Assembly (NCBI RefSeq): GCF_963676685.1
Contig: NC_092355.1
Coordinates: forward strand, 36,518,001-36,582,000
Direction of reading: 5' to 3'
Origin: Mytilus edulis
Lineage: Eukaryota
Length of the DNA stretch: 64,000 nt
Positions 1 through 12,629 of the stretch are shown here, one piece after another. Under the pieces are notes generated by a model, which was not told the DNA's origin, did no database searches, and was given only the letters and a program-made list of their open reading frames with translations. The translations under genes were made by a program, and so were the position numbers. The stretch's first letter is position 1, and each line of letters starts with the position of its first letter.

Positions 1-1437
1 ATAGACATACAATTTAAACATATTAAACAAACAACAGTTATAAAGAAACGCAATTTTCAAAATAGCTATCATAATCAATGTACAATTAAAAGTTACATAC
101 ACTAAAATGTATTATGTTAGTCATTGAAATTTAATACCAATGCCTTCAGTACATTTAGATCAACACAGCATTGTAAAATGTGATTATATTTCGGATAAAT
201 ATCGTACTGTTGCCCTTACTGCTTCACACGTTTTTGACATAGTCCATCATTCTGAAATGTATAATTATCCCCGTTTTATAAAATGAAATTATGTTGGAAA
301 TATTTCAGTATTACATTTTTTAATCTTAATTCATACTACAAAAATGTATACTATTCGCTTTTTGTTTGATTACGCATGTTAATTACAGCACATACTGTTT
401 ACAAACTTTCAGCAAATACAAAAAATCGTGTGACACGGTTATCAGTATTCGGAGCAAATATTTTCCAGACGATAAATATAACACGTAAAACATTAAAATG
501 CAAATGAACGAAAAAGAAAATGTTTTGTTTTAATTGATATTGTTATTGATAATTCCATGAACCTTGTTAATAATTTTTTTTAAAACATTGTTTACTTTGT
601 ATGTAAAAGCGTTTCACAACGAACGATTACATCTTAGTAATATGATCATAATAAAATTTGTTTGTATTTGAAACAAAACATTTTCGTTGCATATTTAAGG
701 CACTTACCCCATGCAGTTGCCGCACGTTAATCCGCTAAAAAATAATAGAAATCAAAATCAAAATCTAGTGTTATCACGAACTTTAGAATCGATGTTACCT
801 TATTTGTCCAATACGTGTAGACCGTTTTCTAAATTCTTGACAGAAAAAAAATTAATAATAATCAGTTCGGTAAGGGCCATATTTCGCTCCGATTATAAAA
901 TGTAATGTTACAAGATACAACAGGTTTTAAGTTGACTTGAATACACGTGGAAAAGTTAAATAGAAAAGGGGACCATTTTAGGCCCTTATCAAAACTACTC
1001 CTTTGTATTTCCAATTAAGTCACATTGAATCTCACTGACCTTTTATCAAACCGCATATTGGTCCAAATGATCTCAAATATGTTTAGTTTTGCTTTGTGCA
1101 CAATTAGTGATATTTGTGGGAGAAATACATGATTAATCCTATTATATCAGTGATGACCTTTAAAACATTACATTGTATGAAAATTTGTGCACCATATATT
1201 ATCCTTCCTTTCACATTATAATACTCTTTTGTACTTTTAAAATATACTTTTGAATCATAATATGTATCTTACTCTGCAGAAAACACGAATTGACTTGTTG
1301 ATAGCTACCCTGTGTAATTTTTGCTTTTAATTTTCAAATGATTGATCGTATTCACCAAAAGGGCATAACGATAGTATGCAGTAAACATGCAAATGAGAAA
1401 GAAATAAGCTTCCATTGCTATGCGCTCTTAATCTACC
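1..1437 (+). mobile_element. 3' end of a second copy of the Kolobok-like element (truncated by the window edge)
   Basis: Near-identical to 44169-45633 and ends ATCTACC|TTGA. Confidence 0.7.
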
Positions 1438-3219
1438 TTGAGAAATAAGTTAAAATAAGTTAATATGATTTAATGATTAATTTAGACGAATCAATCAATT
1501 GTGTTGCCTCGAGTGCTGGAAAAGGAAAATGAATGCATGTGTAATGTAGAGAAAAACAATATCGAGTCCTATATTGTAGACAATATAGTGATTGATCTTG
1601 TGTATGCATGTCAAGACTAGTTTTAAACTTCAAATATGGTGTCAACTTTATGGTTGTTATGCTAGTGGTCAACATCCAATGAGTAAATAATAATGATTGA
1701 AATACTTAAAAGGGAAAGCAATTTCTTTATTTAACAGTTTTTTCCGTGTATTGCATTGCAGTTAGAATTATAAATATTCCTCTTATTCAAACATGAACTT
1801 GATACTTACTAACTGATAAAAAAAAAGAATTGTTATTTTAGTGTGTTTACCATCACTGGTGAATTTTAAATATTTGTGTATTGCCTTGTCATGAATTGCA
1901 AAAAGGTATTTCACTTTTGATATTAAGGCTATATATAACAGATTATGCTACTTCATGTATTTTCATCTCCTAATTAATAAACTATGCTTGTTAGTTATAA
2001 AGATTCCGAAATATCTTTAATGAAATTCCACCAAAGTTTATATGCAATGCAAATAAATATGAAGTTTTAAAACAATCATTTGTATTGATTTAAATTGACG
2101 ACTGAAATAGCAACATATGTGTCGTTTAAAGAAACACTATTATCAACCAATGACGATAACAATAACGATATTTGTTCTTACAATGCATGTATGCTCGACA
2201 AACACATGTGTTATGCTTCAAATATGGTGTCAATTTTCAGTTGTTTCGTTTATGGTAAACGCCCGATGAGTTAATAAGTTGGCTTGTGGGCTTCATCGGA
2301 ACATTTCTTTCTGTGTGTAACCGTATACACTGTTATAGATAGTGCCTCACAGTTTAAGTAATACCATTATGGCCATATTATACAGTTTATCGGGGATACA
2401 TTGTCTCTTGAAATAGTAATGTTGATGTGTGATAATGATTACGAAATGTCTTAAATACATGTTAAGTTATCTATAATTTAATTTACAAATACTCCTATGC
2501 ATCAAACATCAACTTGCTACTTACAGACTGAAAACAAAGAATTTAAAAGTTGCATTATTCTTTTCACCATCGTTGAATCTTTTTTTATTAAGTTGTGTAT
2601 AGCTATGTCATGAATCGCAAAATAAGTATTGTTTTTTACTTTGCAGCTTTATAGAACAGTTGATGCTTGATTTTTATATTATAATTTTTGATCTTATGTG
2701 TGTTTGACAAAGATATTTGTGATGCTGCCAATAAGTTTTAAATTTTCTGTTCGTTTTGCTCGTGATCAACAGCCGATTAGTCAATAAGAAATCTTTATAT
2801 CTTATAAATTTATTTCTGTATGTAACCGTATTCCATTTTATAAATATTGGTAAAGTAATAACTGAATTGCCATATTATACAGTTTATCGGAAATACATTT
2901 TCTTTTTAAATAGCAATGTTGATGTGTGATAATGAAAACGAAATGTCTTTAATATATACATGTCCAACTATTGATATTTGCATCAAACATATAGAGTTTC
3001 CATGAAGCAGTCGTTGGTGATGTTTGAACTGCAAATTACATGTCTATCAAGTACAACAACACCATATAGAGCCATTTACTCAAAACATCATAAATGTTGC
3101 TCGTAGGTATATTTGACTAAACTGGTTTCAAGCTTCTAGTGTCAATTTGCAGTTCATTTTCCTCGTGGTCAACGGCCAAAAAGAAATGAATAATAATTGC
3201 AATATTAAGAGGGGAAATA

Positions 3220-3460
3220 GTTTTCAAAGGTACCAGGATTATAATTAAGAACACCAGACGCCCATTTCGTCTACATAAGACTTACCAGTGACGCTCATGT
3301 CTAAATATTTATAAAGGTATATAAAAATAGCATTGAGGAACTAACATTCAAAAAAGTTGTGCCAAATACGGCTTAGGTAATCTATTCCTGGGACAAGAAA
3401 ATCTTTAGTTTCACGAAAAAATCTAAGTTTTTTAAACTGGAAATGTATATAAATGACCAA
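3220..3460 (+). mobile_element. Interspersed repeat (CCAGACGC..TTTCGTCTACA..CAGTGACG family); also ~47415-47655, ~36800-36910 (reverse) and ~58545-58690
   Basis: Shared core motif in dispersed copies; it interrupts the tandem-unit consensus here. Confidence 0.65.
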
Positions 3461-6400
3461 ATAGTTATTATGTGTATTGCATTGCAATTCAAATTACAAA
3501 CACTTCTCTACATCAAACATCAACTTGCTACTTACAGACTGAAAAAAAAAATGTTACATTATTCTTTTCACTATCATTGATGATTTTTATAATGTTGTGT
3601 ATAGCAATGTCATGAATCGCTAAATGAGTATTTTTTTTTTACTTTTCAGCTTTATAGAACAGTTGATGCTTGTTTGTTTTAAAGATTCAAAAATGTTGTT
3701 ACTAAACTTCCAACAATTTATACATGCATTTAAATGACTATGATGTGTTGATGTAGCAAATATTTGTGTTGACTTGAATTGACAGCTGGAACATGTGGAA
3801 TAGCAACATATGTGTTGTGTTATGAAAACCCGTAATTAAGCAATGACGTAACACATCCTGATTTTTGATCTGATGTATGCTGGTAAAAGACATTTAAGAT
3901 GCTTCAAATACGTTGTCAATTTTCAGTTCGTTTCGCTAGTGATCAACAGCCGAACAGTACAAAAAAAAGGATTGAGCTCGTTATCAGGGAAATTATTTTC
4001 AGAATTAAACCAATACAATGTTACAGGTATTGCCTAGCATATTACCTAATATTCTTATGATCATATTATACAGTTCATCTTTTTTCTGTTGAACAGTAAT
4101 GTTGATGTGTAATAAGGATTTCGAAAATGTTTGTTATAATTGTCAAACTATTTCTATTGGCATTCAAATAATATGGTGTTTCGATGAATCAGAAATTTGG
4201 GTTGTCTTGACGACTTGAGCAACAACATAAATACATGTGTCATGAGGAGAAAAACAATATTCTATCAATGTATAACATTAGTTTTTTTCCATCATTGATA
4301 TATTTTTTTCATTTTGTGTATTGTAATGTTTTGCATTGCAAATTGAGTCTTTATTTATTTTTCCTTTAAAGCTATATAGAATAATTGATCAGAATTGAAT
4401 CTTCAATTGAATAAGTTACGTTTGTTTGCAATAAAGATTCCGATGTGTTTCTAATGAACTTCAAATAATTTATATATTATGCAATTATCGGAATTAAGTT
4501 TTCTTTTGAAATAGTAATGTTGATGTGTGATCAGGATCAATAAATGTCTGTAAATGTCTATAAGCTATTTCTATGAGCTTTACAAAATGTGGTGTTTTGA
4601 TGAAGCAGTCATTGATGTTACTTTGAAGACTTAAACAGCAACATACATGTGTGTGTAAAGTAGAGAAAATCTATATTAAGATATATACTGCAGACATCAA
4701 GTTTGTGAACTTATGTAAGCTTGACAAGACTGGTGTTATGCTTCAAATATGGTGTCAGTTATTTGTTCATTGTCCTCGCGGTCATCGGCCAATCAGTAAA
4801 TACTAGTTATTGTAATATTTGAAAGGGAAAACAATTTATTGTTCTAACAGCTATTACGTGTATTGCATTGCAGTTTGAATTATAAATACTTCTCTAATCA
4901 AACTTGAACTTGCTACTTACTGACTGAAAAAAAAGAATGTTACATTAGTCTGTTTTCAGCATCATTGATAATTTATAATGTTTATGTATTGCCATGTTAT
5001 GAATTTCAAAATGGATATTAATTTATTTTTCCATCAAAGTTACATGTATATAAAATTATTGATCAGAATTGAATCGTCCATTGAATGAGTTACGCTTGTT
5101 TGCATCAAAGATTTAGATGTGTTTCTAATGAACTTCAAACAATTTATATATTATGCAATTATCGGAATTAAGTTTTCTTCTGAAATAGTAGTTTTGATGT
5201 GTGATCAGGATTAAGAAATGTCTTTAAATGTCTTTAAGCTATTTCTATGAGCTTTACCAAATGTGGTGTTTTGATGAAGCAGTCATTGATGTTGCTTTGA
5301 AGACTTAAACAGCAACATACATGTATGTGTAAAGTAGAGAAATATATATTGAGCTATATACTACAGACATCAAGTTGGTGTTCTTATGTAAGCTTGACAA
5401 TAGTTATTGTTATATTTGAAAGGGAACACAATTTAACAGCTATTATGTGTATTGCATTGCAGTTTGAATTATAAATACTTCTCTAACCAAACTTGGACTT
5501 GCTACTTACGTACTGAAAAACAAACGAATGTTACATTAGTCTTTTTCAGCATCATTGATTTTTTTTATAATTGTTATGTGTTGTAGTGTAATGAATTTCA
5601 AAATGGGTATTAATTTATTTTACCATTGAAGTTATATAGAATAATTGATCAGAATTGAATCGTCCTTTGAATAAGTTACGCTTGTTTGTAGTAAAGAGTC
5701 CGATATGTCTCTAATGAACTTCAAACAATTTATATATTATGCAATTATCGGAATTAAGTTTTCTTTTGAAATAGTAATGTTGATGTGTGATCAGGATTAA
5801 GAAATGTCTGTAAATGTCTACAAGCTATTTCTATGAGCTTTACAAAATGTGGTGTTTTGATGAAGCAGTCATTGATGTTGCTTTGAAGACTTAAACAGCA
5901 ACATACATGTACGTGTAAAGTAGATAAAATCTATATTGAGAAATATACTGCAGACAATAAGTTGGTGTTCTTATGTAAGCTTGACAAGACTGGTTTTATG
6001 CTTCAAATATGGTGTCAGTTATGTGTTTATTGTCCTCGTGGTCATCGGCCAATGATGAAATAATAGTTATTAGAATATTTGAAAGGGAAGACAAGTTCTT
6101 GTTCTAACAGCTATTACGTGTATTGCATTGCAGTTTGAATTATAAATACTTCTCTAATCAAACTTGAACTTGCTACTTACAGACTGAAAAAAAGGAATGT
6201 TCCATTATTCTTTTTTAGCATCATTGATTATTTTATAATTCATATGTAATGCCATGCATGTAATGAATTTCAAAATGGGTCTTAATTTATTTTTCCATTC
6301 AAGCGATATAGAATACTTGATCAGAATTGAATCGTCCATTGAATAAGTTACACTTCTTTGCAGTTAAGATTCCGATATGTCTCTAATGAACTTCAAATAA

Positions 6401-6767
6401 TTTATATATTATGCAATTATCAGATTTAAGTTTTCTTTTGAAATAGTATTGTTGATGTGTGATCAATATTTAGAAATGTCTTTAAATGTCTTTAAGCTAT
6501 TTCTATGAGTTTTACAAAATGTGGTGTTTTGATGAAGCAGTCATTGGTTTTACTTTGAAGACTTAAACAGCAACATACATGTATGTGTAAGGTAGAGAAA
6601 ATATATATTAAGCTATTTACTGCAGACATCAAGTTGTTGTTCTTATGTAAGCTTGACAAGATTGATTTTACGCTTCAAATATGGTGTCAGTTATTTCTTC
6701 ATTTTGCTCATGGTCAACGGCCAATGAGTATATACTAGTTATTGTAATATTTAAAAAGGAAAACAAT

Positions 6768-7318
6768 AATATTTTCTCGCGGTTCGAAGTAAAGCGGGAA
6801 AATATTGTATTGACGTTATGGGTAATATGCGTATGATCCAATCAGAGGGGGGATTTAAATCCGGGTATTATGTATGTTTGATTTGTTTGTCACTTTCTAG
6901 CCGCCGTTCGTATGTGCATGACTTAAACTTAAGTCATAATGTATATATAGTTATATATTTTTGAAGTATTTTATTTTTGTTCAAAATTGTGTGTTCGTCA
7001 TCTCTCTCGTTATATAAGGTAAGGTCTGGCTACCTTTTTCCTGAGATAGGCTTGGCATTGTTGTCGGATACAGGTTTCCATTTTAAAAAAAATGGTTTTT
7101 CCTGGACGGCCTCTAATATCTGTGAGGGAAATGTTTTAGAAAATTTAAGAGAGAGTGTATAGAAGCATTGAGTTGCGACATGTTTATTATTTGTTGTTTG
7201 AAACAATATTGTATGTGTTATAATAAAATTACATCCGGCGTCCATCAAATACGGCGAGCGAGCGGCAAATTGATATTTGCGTTTGTGTTGTTTTATGTAT
7301 AGGCATATATAGTATAGA
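6768..7318 (-). mobile_element. ~550-bp insertion in the tandem array, Helitron-like
   Basis: Interrupts the unit consensus. The minus strand starts a|TCTATACT and has a terminal hairpin AATATTTTCTCGC..GCGGGAAAATATT at 6768-6806; no clean CTRR end. Confidence 0.45.
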
Positions 7319-9053
7319 TAATACTTTGTTATTCTAACAGCTATTACGTGTATTGCATTGCAGTTGAATTACAAATACTTCTCTAATCAAACTTGAACTT
7401 GCTACTTACATACTGAAAAGAAAAAACTAATGTTACATTAGTCTTTTTCAGCATCATTGATTATTTTATAATTTTTATGTATTGCCATGTAATGAATTTA
7501 AAAATGAATATTAATTTATTTTTCCATTCAAGCTATATAGAATATTTGATCAGAATTGAATCTTCCATTGAATAAGTTACGCTTGTTTGTAGTAAAGATT
7601 CCGATGTGTCTCTAATGAACTTCAAACAATTTATATATCGGAATTAAATTTTCTTTTGAAATAGTGATGTTGATGTGTGATCAGGATTATGAAATGTCTT
7701 TGAATGTCTATAAGCTATTTCTATGAGCTTTACAAAATGTGGTGTTTTGATAAAGCAGTCATTGATGTTGCGTTGAAGACTTAAACAGCAGCATACATGT
7801 ATGAGTAAAGTAGAGAAAATCTATATTCAGCTATATACTGCAGAAGTTGGTGTTCTTATGTAAGCTTGACAAGACTGGTTTTATGCTTCAAATATGGTGT
7901 CTGTTATTTGTTCATTGTCCTCGTGGTCATCGGCCAATGAGTAAATAATAGTTATTGTAATATTTAAAAGGGAAAACAATTTCTTGTTCTAACAGCTATT
8001 ACGTGTATTGCATTGCAGTTTGAATTATAAATACTTCTCTTATCAAACTTGAACTTGCTACTTACTTACTGAAAAAAAGGAATGTTACATTAGTCTGTTT
8101 CAGTATCATTTATTATTTTATATTTTTTATGTATTGCTATGTAATGAATTTCAAAATGGGTATTTAATTTTTGACATTGAGCTATATAGCACAGTTTATC
8201 AGAATGGTATATTATATTAAATACGTTATTCATGTTTTTTCGAAAGATTTCGATATGTCTTAAATGAACTTCAAACATATCAGATATGCATCAAAAGAAA
8301 TTTGATGTTCTGATGAAGCAATCATTTGTGTTGGCTTGGATTTCCGGCTGGAAAAACAACATATATTTCGTGTTTAGACGAATGATAATCAACCAATAAC
8401 GATAAACATAATAATTTCTGCTGTTATGTCTCTTTGACAAAGACATAAGTTGCGATTGTTTACATATGGCGTCAATTCTGAGTTCGTTATGCTCGTGGTC
8501 AATGGCTGATTGGTCAATAAGAAGGCTTGAGATCTTTATAGGATAATTTATATCTGTATTTAAATGTATGCAGTGTTAAAGGTATTTTCATTGATAACAT
8601 TATAGCCATATTATACAGTTTGTAAGAATGAAATTTACTTTTGAAATGTTGATGTTATATAAGGATTTCGATATGTTTTTAATAAAAGTCAAGCTTTTTT
8701 CATTTTATTGAAACAATATGATTTCTTGAAGAAGCAGTCATTTGTGTTGCCTTGAAGACTTGAACAGTATCATACATGTATATGTCAATTGGGGAAAAAC
8801 ATATTGAGCCATATACTATTATCATCATAGTTGTTGCTCTTATGTAGGCTTGACAAGACTGTTTTTATGCTTCAAATATGGTGTACATTCTTTGTTTATT
8901 TTCCTTGTGTGCAACGGCTATGGAGTTAATAAGTAGAATTGTAATCCTTCATTTTTAAAAAAGTTCATTTTTTAACCGAACATATAATTTCAGGTATTGC
9001 ATTGCAGTTTAAGTAAGAAATAATTCAACCTTGAACTTGCTACTTACAATCTG

Positions 9054-12000
9054 GCCCCGGCGCCATAAAACTTTTTTTTGCTGCGTAAAAAAATATTCTC
9101 AGAATGAATTATTTTACTCAGCTAAGAATGAGAAATTTTTTATCCGCCATAAAAAAATATTCTCAACGTTGAGAATATTCTCAGCTGAGATTTTTTTTTT
9201 CTCAGCTGAGTATTTTTTTCTCAGTGACGTAAGTGGTAAAATAGTTGTTTGAAAACTAAAACGTATACCAAACTTCTCTAAAACGCAGTTTTATCTCTTA
9301 AGAAATAATGTAAAACATTAAAAGAATCTATGATAGATAAGATGACAAGTAGCATTTAGTAGGCATCTGTAACCACAGTCTTGACAAAAAGTCACAGAAT
9401 ATAAAGTCGGCAAATAATTTGTGTTATTATAAAAAATATAGAACCTAATAGATATTATAAGAGAAAGATCTTGAAATACTTGAGTTATTTACCCGTATCT
9501 TCTTATAAATATGTATATATGTATATATATTTTTTTATATTTCTTTATTTAGATCTATATTTTGTATTTTTTTAAAAGATAAAATGCAATCTTCGTTGAC
9601 GTTTACGTGAAGAGTGCTTTCTTTCACGTCCGCACTTCTATCGAGTATGGCGTGCCAAATAAACATTTTGAAAAGATAATTATTACGGATCAATAACATA
9701 CATTATGTATTCAGACGACATAAGACAACATGTGACAATTTTAAGAGAAACAGAGCTGCTTTTTTCTCACATCTACAATGGAAAAAAAACAACCCAAAAA
9801 AACGACAAACCAAATATGTTTAAATCAATATGAAAGCCAGTAAATAATTTGAATCCGTTTTCAAGATATATGTAACTTTAATAATAATATAAATCTGATA
9901 CAGAATTTAACATGTTTAATACGATTTAACAATTATGCAAGTAGTCATAAAAATTGCTCTGCATAATGAGTTTAATATTATATTGCACAGGAAGAGAAAA
10001 TAAAAAGTACGACGTCGTGTGAGAAGGCATGGCATATATATTTAATGTCCATTACAGTTATTAACAACACCTTGTACAAATATTATTTTCGAAAATAAAA
10101 ACAGTTAAATAAAACAAACAAAACTATCCGATTTACGAGGGTCATGAAAAGGGGAGTAGGGGAAGATGTTCTATTTTTCTCTATTCGGTAAGAAATATTT
10201 TCTGTAAAATTCTGATCGTGCATATGGAAATTTCCTTCTGTATCATGATTTTGACATGATAAATGATTTGTCTGGATCAACGACATATGTATGACAACAA
10301 TACCCCCCCCCCCCGAATCTGTCACCTTACTACTGTACTGCACAAATGATACATTCCTGCATATCAATATTTTAACTAATATCTGTTTAAAACCAAACAA
10401 GGGGGGGGGGGAGGATTTTTTTTACTTTCTTTGTAAAACTTTTGATATCTAAGATAATAAATAGAAGATAGGATGACATAACATGTGGGTATATTTGATT
10501 TATACATGTATTTGGTTTAGTAGATATGAGGTACCGGTACTGCAATCTAATTGATGTACCAGTAGTAAATTGTAAAAATAAATTTAAGAGAGAAAAGACA
10601 TTGATAAGTCCAACTGTCCAAAAATATATAAAAAAATTGCATATCTATCATCTATGTTGGAGCATATATTTGAAATTTATTGGAAGTGAACAAAACACAA
10701 AAAAAAAAAAAAATCGAAAACAATGTAATTATCCGTCCTCGAGTATCAGTCAAACAGCCCTTACCAAAAAATGTTGTATTAAATTGCAATGAATTATGGA
10801 TCTTACAAAACTGGAACATAAGACGTAGTACTGTAAGCATGCTGGCGAACGTGAGCTCAGACTTTTTGACTCTGTATTTCTATTTAAAGTCATAATAAAC
10901 AAGTGACCGGTGAAAAATAATGTTATTCCAATTATTGAACAAATGCATACAAACATCATAAACTAAGTCTTCTGTGCACATTTTATATTTTTTTTCGCAT
11001 AAATTTCGTATAATCGTCAATTTGTTTTTCAATCGGTCAGTGTTGTAAAAATATAGCAGGTAATTAAAGTTCGTGTTTTGAAGCCGAAGTTTAACGATTG
11101 TCACCTGTTTGTCAACAATCCACCAAAAAGCATGGATATTGAGCACGTGTTTAACATGTACAATCAGATAATAGTTTATTTTAAGGACATTCATGCGTAT
11201 TGCGATCACCGGATTTTTACGAGATGGGTCACACGGAGGTCACTTTGCATACGGAAAATATGTCGGGGAATTGCTTCCTGGAAGGAAACAATTAGAATAA
11301 TGTAAACTTCTTCTTAATATGAACAAATTAAAGAATTTTCTTCAGAAAAAAGTATATGTACATAAGTTTTATAACGAAAACTATCCATTGAGTTATAAAA
11401 AACATATGCATTATTTTTTTTTAATTTGAGGTTTCTTATGACTTTAATTACCGTTAGTTGTTCATTTATAAATTTTGAAAAATCTAAAGAAACTGAGATT
11501 TCAACTCGGACAAAGTTGACCTTCGTCTCTTTGCCATATTTCTGATTTGTTGTTTTCAATTTGTTTTCCACTATTGCAGCGATTTTGTCAATGATCATAT
11601 TGGTCTGATCTCTGACACGAACTGTTTTATTATGGGGTAATGTTTGTGTAATTTCTGACACAATGCAGGAGAAGGATGTTATGTTGACTTTGTCTGTAAT
11701 AGTGGACGAAATGATACGTCAAGATTTGTTAACTCCTGATGCAAGATCGTGATTTTTTAGCAAAATACTGATGGTTATGGATGTACAGAAATTGCACTGC
11801 TTACGTACATCAATTGACCAATTCCGATTACGACCAGTTCAATATTTCACTCGTTTTACCTTATTCTTAATTTTTATATAAGAAAATTGTACATTTTAGC
11901 ACCCCATTTTTCAGTCTTTTTTCTCTTTCTTTTTTTTTTTGGCACATTTTTTCTTCGCCTCGTTTATGTGGGTAATTTCTAAGAAAGATCAGATATTCAA

Positions 12001-12629
12001 GCGTCAAGCGTTAAAAGTGAAGAATTATTTACAATGAGAAGCTGTTTAATTGGTCGCTTTTTTTGTAGTATCTTTTAAAATTTGGTAAGATTAATATGGT
12101 ACAACCAACTAACAAAGATGGGGTTATCAACTTACATTCTTAATTTTCATATGCTTTTACAGAATTATGAGACATATTTCAGTCGTTTTACCTTACTCTT
12201 ATTTTTTATGTAAAAAATGCACATTTAAGCACCCCATTAATCAGCTCTTTTAGACAACATTGATTTTGAGTATTCATCCTAAAAAATGTATGAAAAAAAT
12301 ATGTTAAGGAATAAAGATGTATATGTTCCTTTGGATAGAATTTGATTTAAGGTGATAAGTGAAGTTCTTCATTGCAAATTTTAACAAAAACACTATCAAC
12401 ATTTGTAATTTTATATCAAATTTCCTTAAAAAAAAACATTTAAGATTTTTTTTATATACTTAAGTATGGTTTTGGCTATACTTAAATATTTAAGAATATT
12501 CTTAACTTTGAGTAAGAAAATATCTGAGAATTTTTTTATGGCGGTGCATTTTGCTGAGAATAAAAAAATTGAGAAAATTCTCAGGCTGAGTAAAAAAAGT
12601 TTACTCAAATAGTTTTATGGCGCCGGGGC
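9054..12629. mobile_element. Non-autonomous PIF/Harbinger element (3.58 kb)
   Basis: 19-bp TIR GCCCCGGCGCCATAAAACT; 3-bp CTG (CWG) TSD at 9051-9053 and 12630-12632; subterminal CCGCCATAAAAAAAT/TTCTCAG repeats; the empty site caatCTGaaac is visible in the paralog at 51646-51656. Confidence 0.88.

Larger units (their letters stand above)
1..5705 (+). repeat. Near-identical segmental duplicate of 44169-~49903
   Basis: Position 1 (atagacatacaatttaaac) matches 44169. Only scattered substitutions and small indels until ~5706/~49904, where similarity drops. Confidence 0.95.
1440..9050. repeat. Tandem array of ~590-670-bp units (copy 1), diverged toward both ends and homogeneous in the middle
   Basis: Recurring landmarks such as GTATTGCATTGCA at ~1748, 3474, 4860, 5448, 6120, 7350, 8005 and 8994, plus GCTTCAAATATGGTGTC and TAGTAATGTTGATGTGTGAT. 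Confidence 0.9.
1810..9050 (-). other. Array of nine putative 3-nt microexons (CAG|NNN|GTAAGT) of B-box gene 1
   Basis: Triplets in transcript order: ATT 9048-9050, TAA 8066-8068, TAT 7410-7412, TCT 6181-6183, TAC 5510-5512, TCA 4921-4923, TCT 3536-3538, TCT 2525-2527, TTA 1810-1812. All have CAG before and GTAAGT after. All but the ATT cassette (tract displaced by a transposon) have an adjacent T-rich tract, and several have an ACTAAT branch-point-like motif upstream. Confidence 0.62.

Noticed and set aside
1810-9050. Phase-1 reading of the concatenated triplets gives an all-hydrophobic LIFLLIFF (signal/TM-like)
   Set aside because: This follows automatically from the fixed T falling in codon position 2, and the identified upstream exons set phase 2. 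It would only apply if an unseen asymmetric exon intervenes.
1440-9050. CRISPR-like or plain satellite interpretation of the tandem array
   Set aside because: Eukaryotic context with no short repeat/unique spacer structure. A plain satellite is not excluded but does not explain the invariant AG-3nt-GTAAGT next to a variable triplet.
11314-11661. 115-aa minus-strand ORF inside the Harbinger element
   Set aside because: No recognisable transposase or Myb/SANT motif; cannot be supported as a gene.
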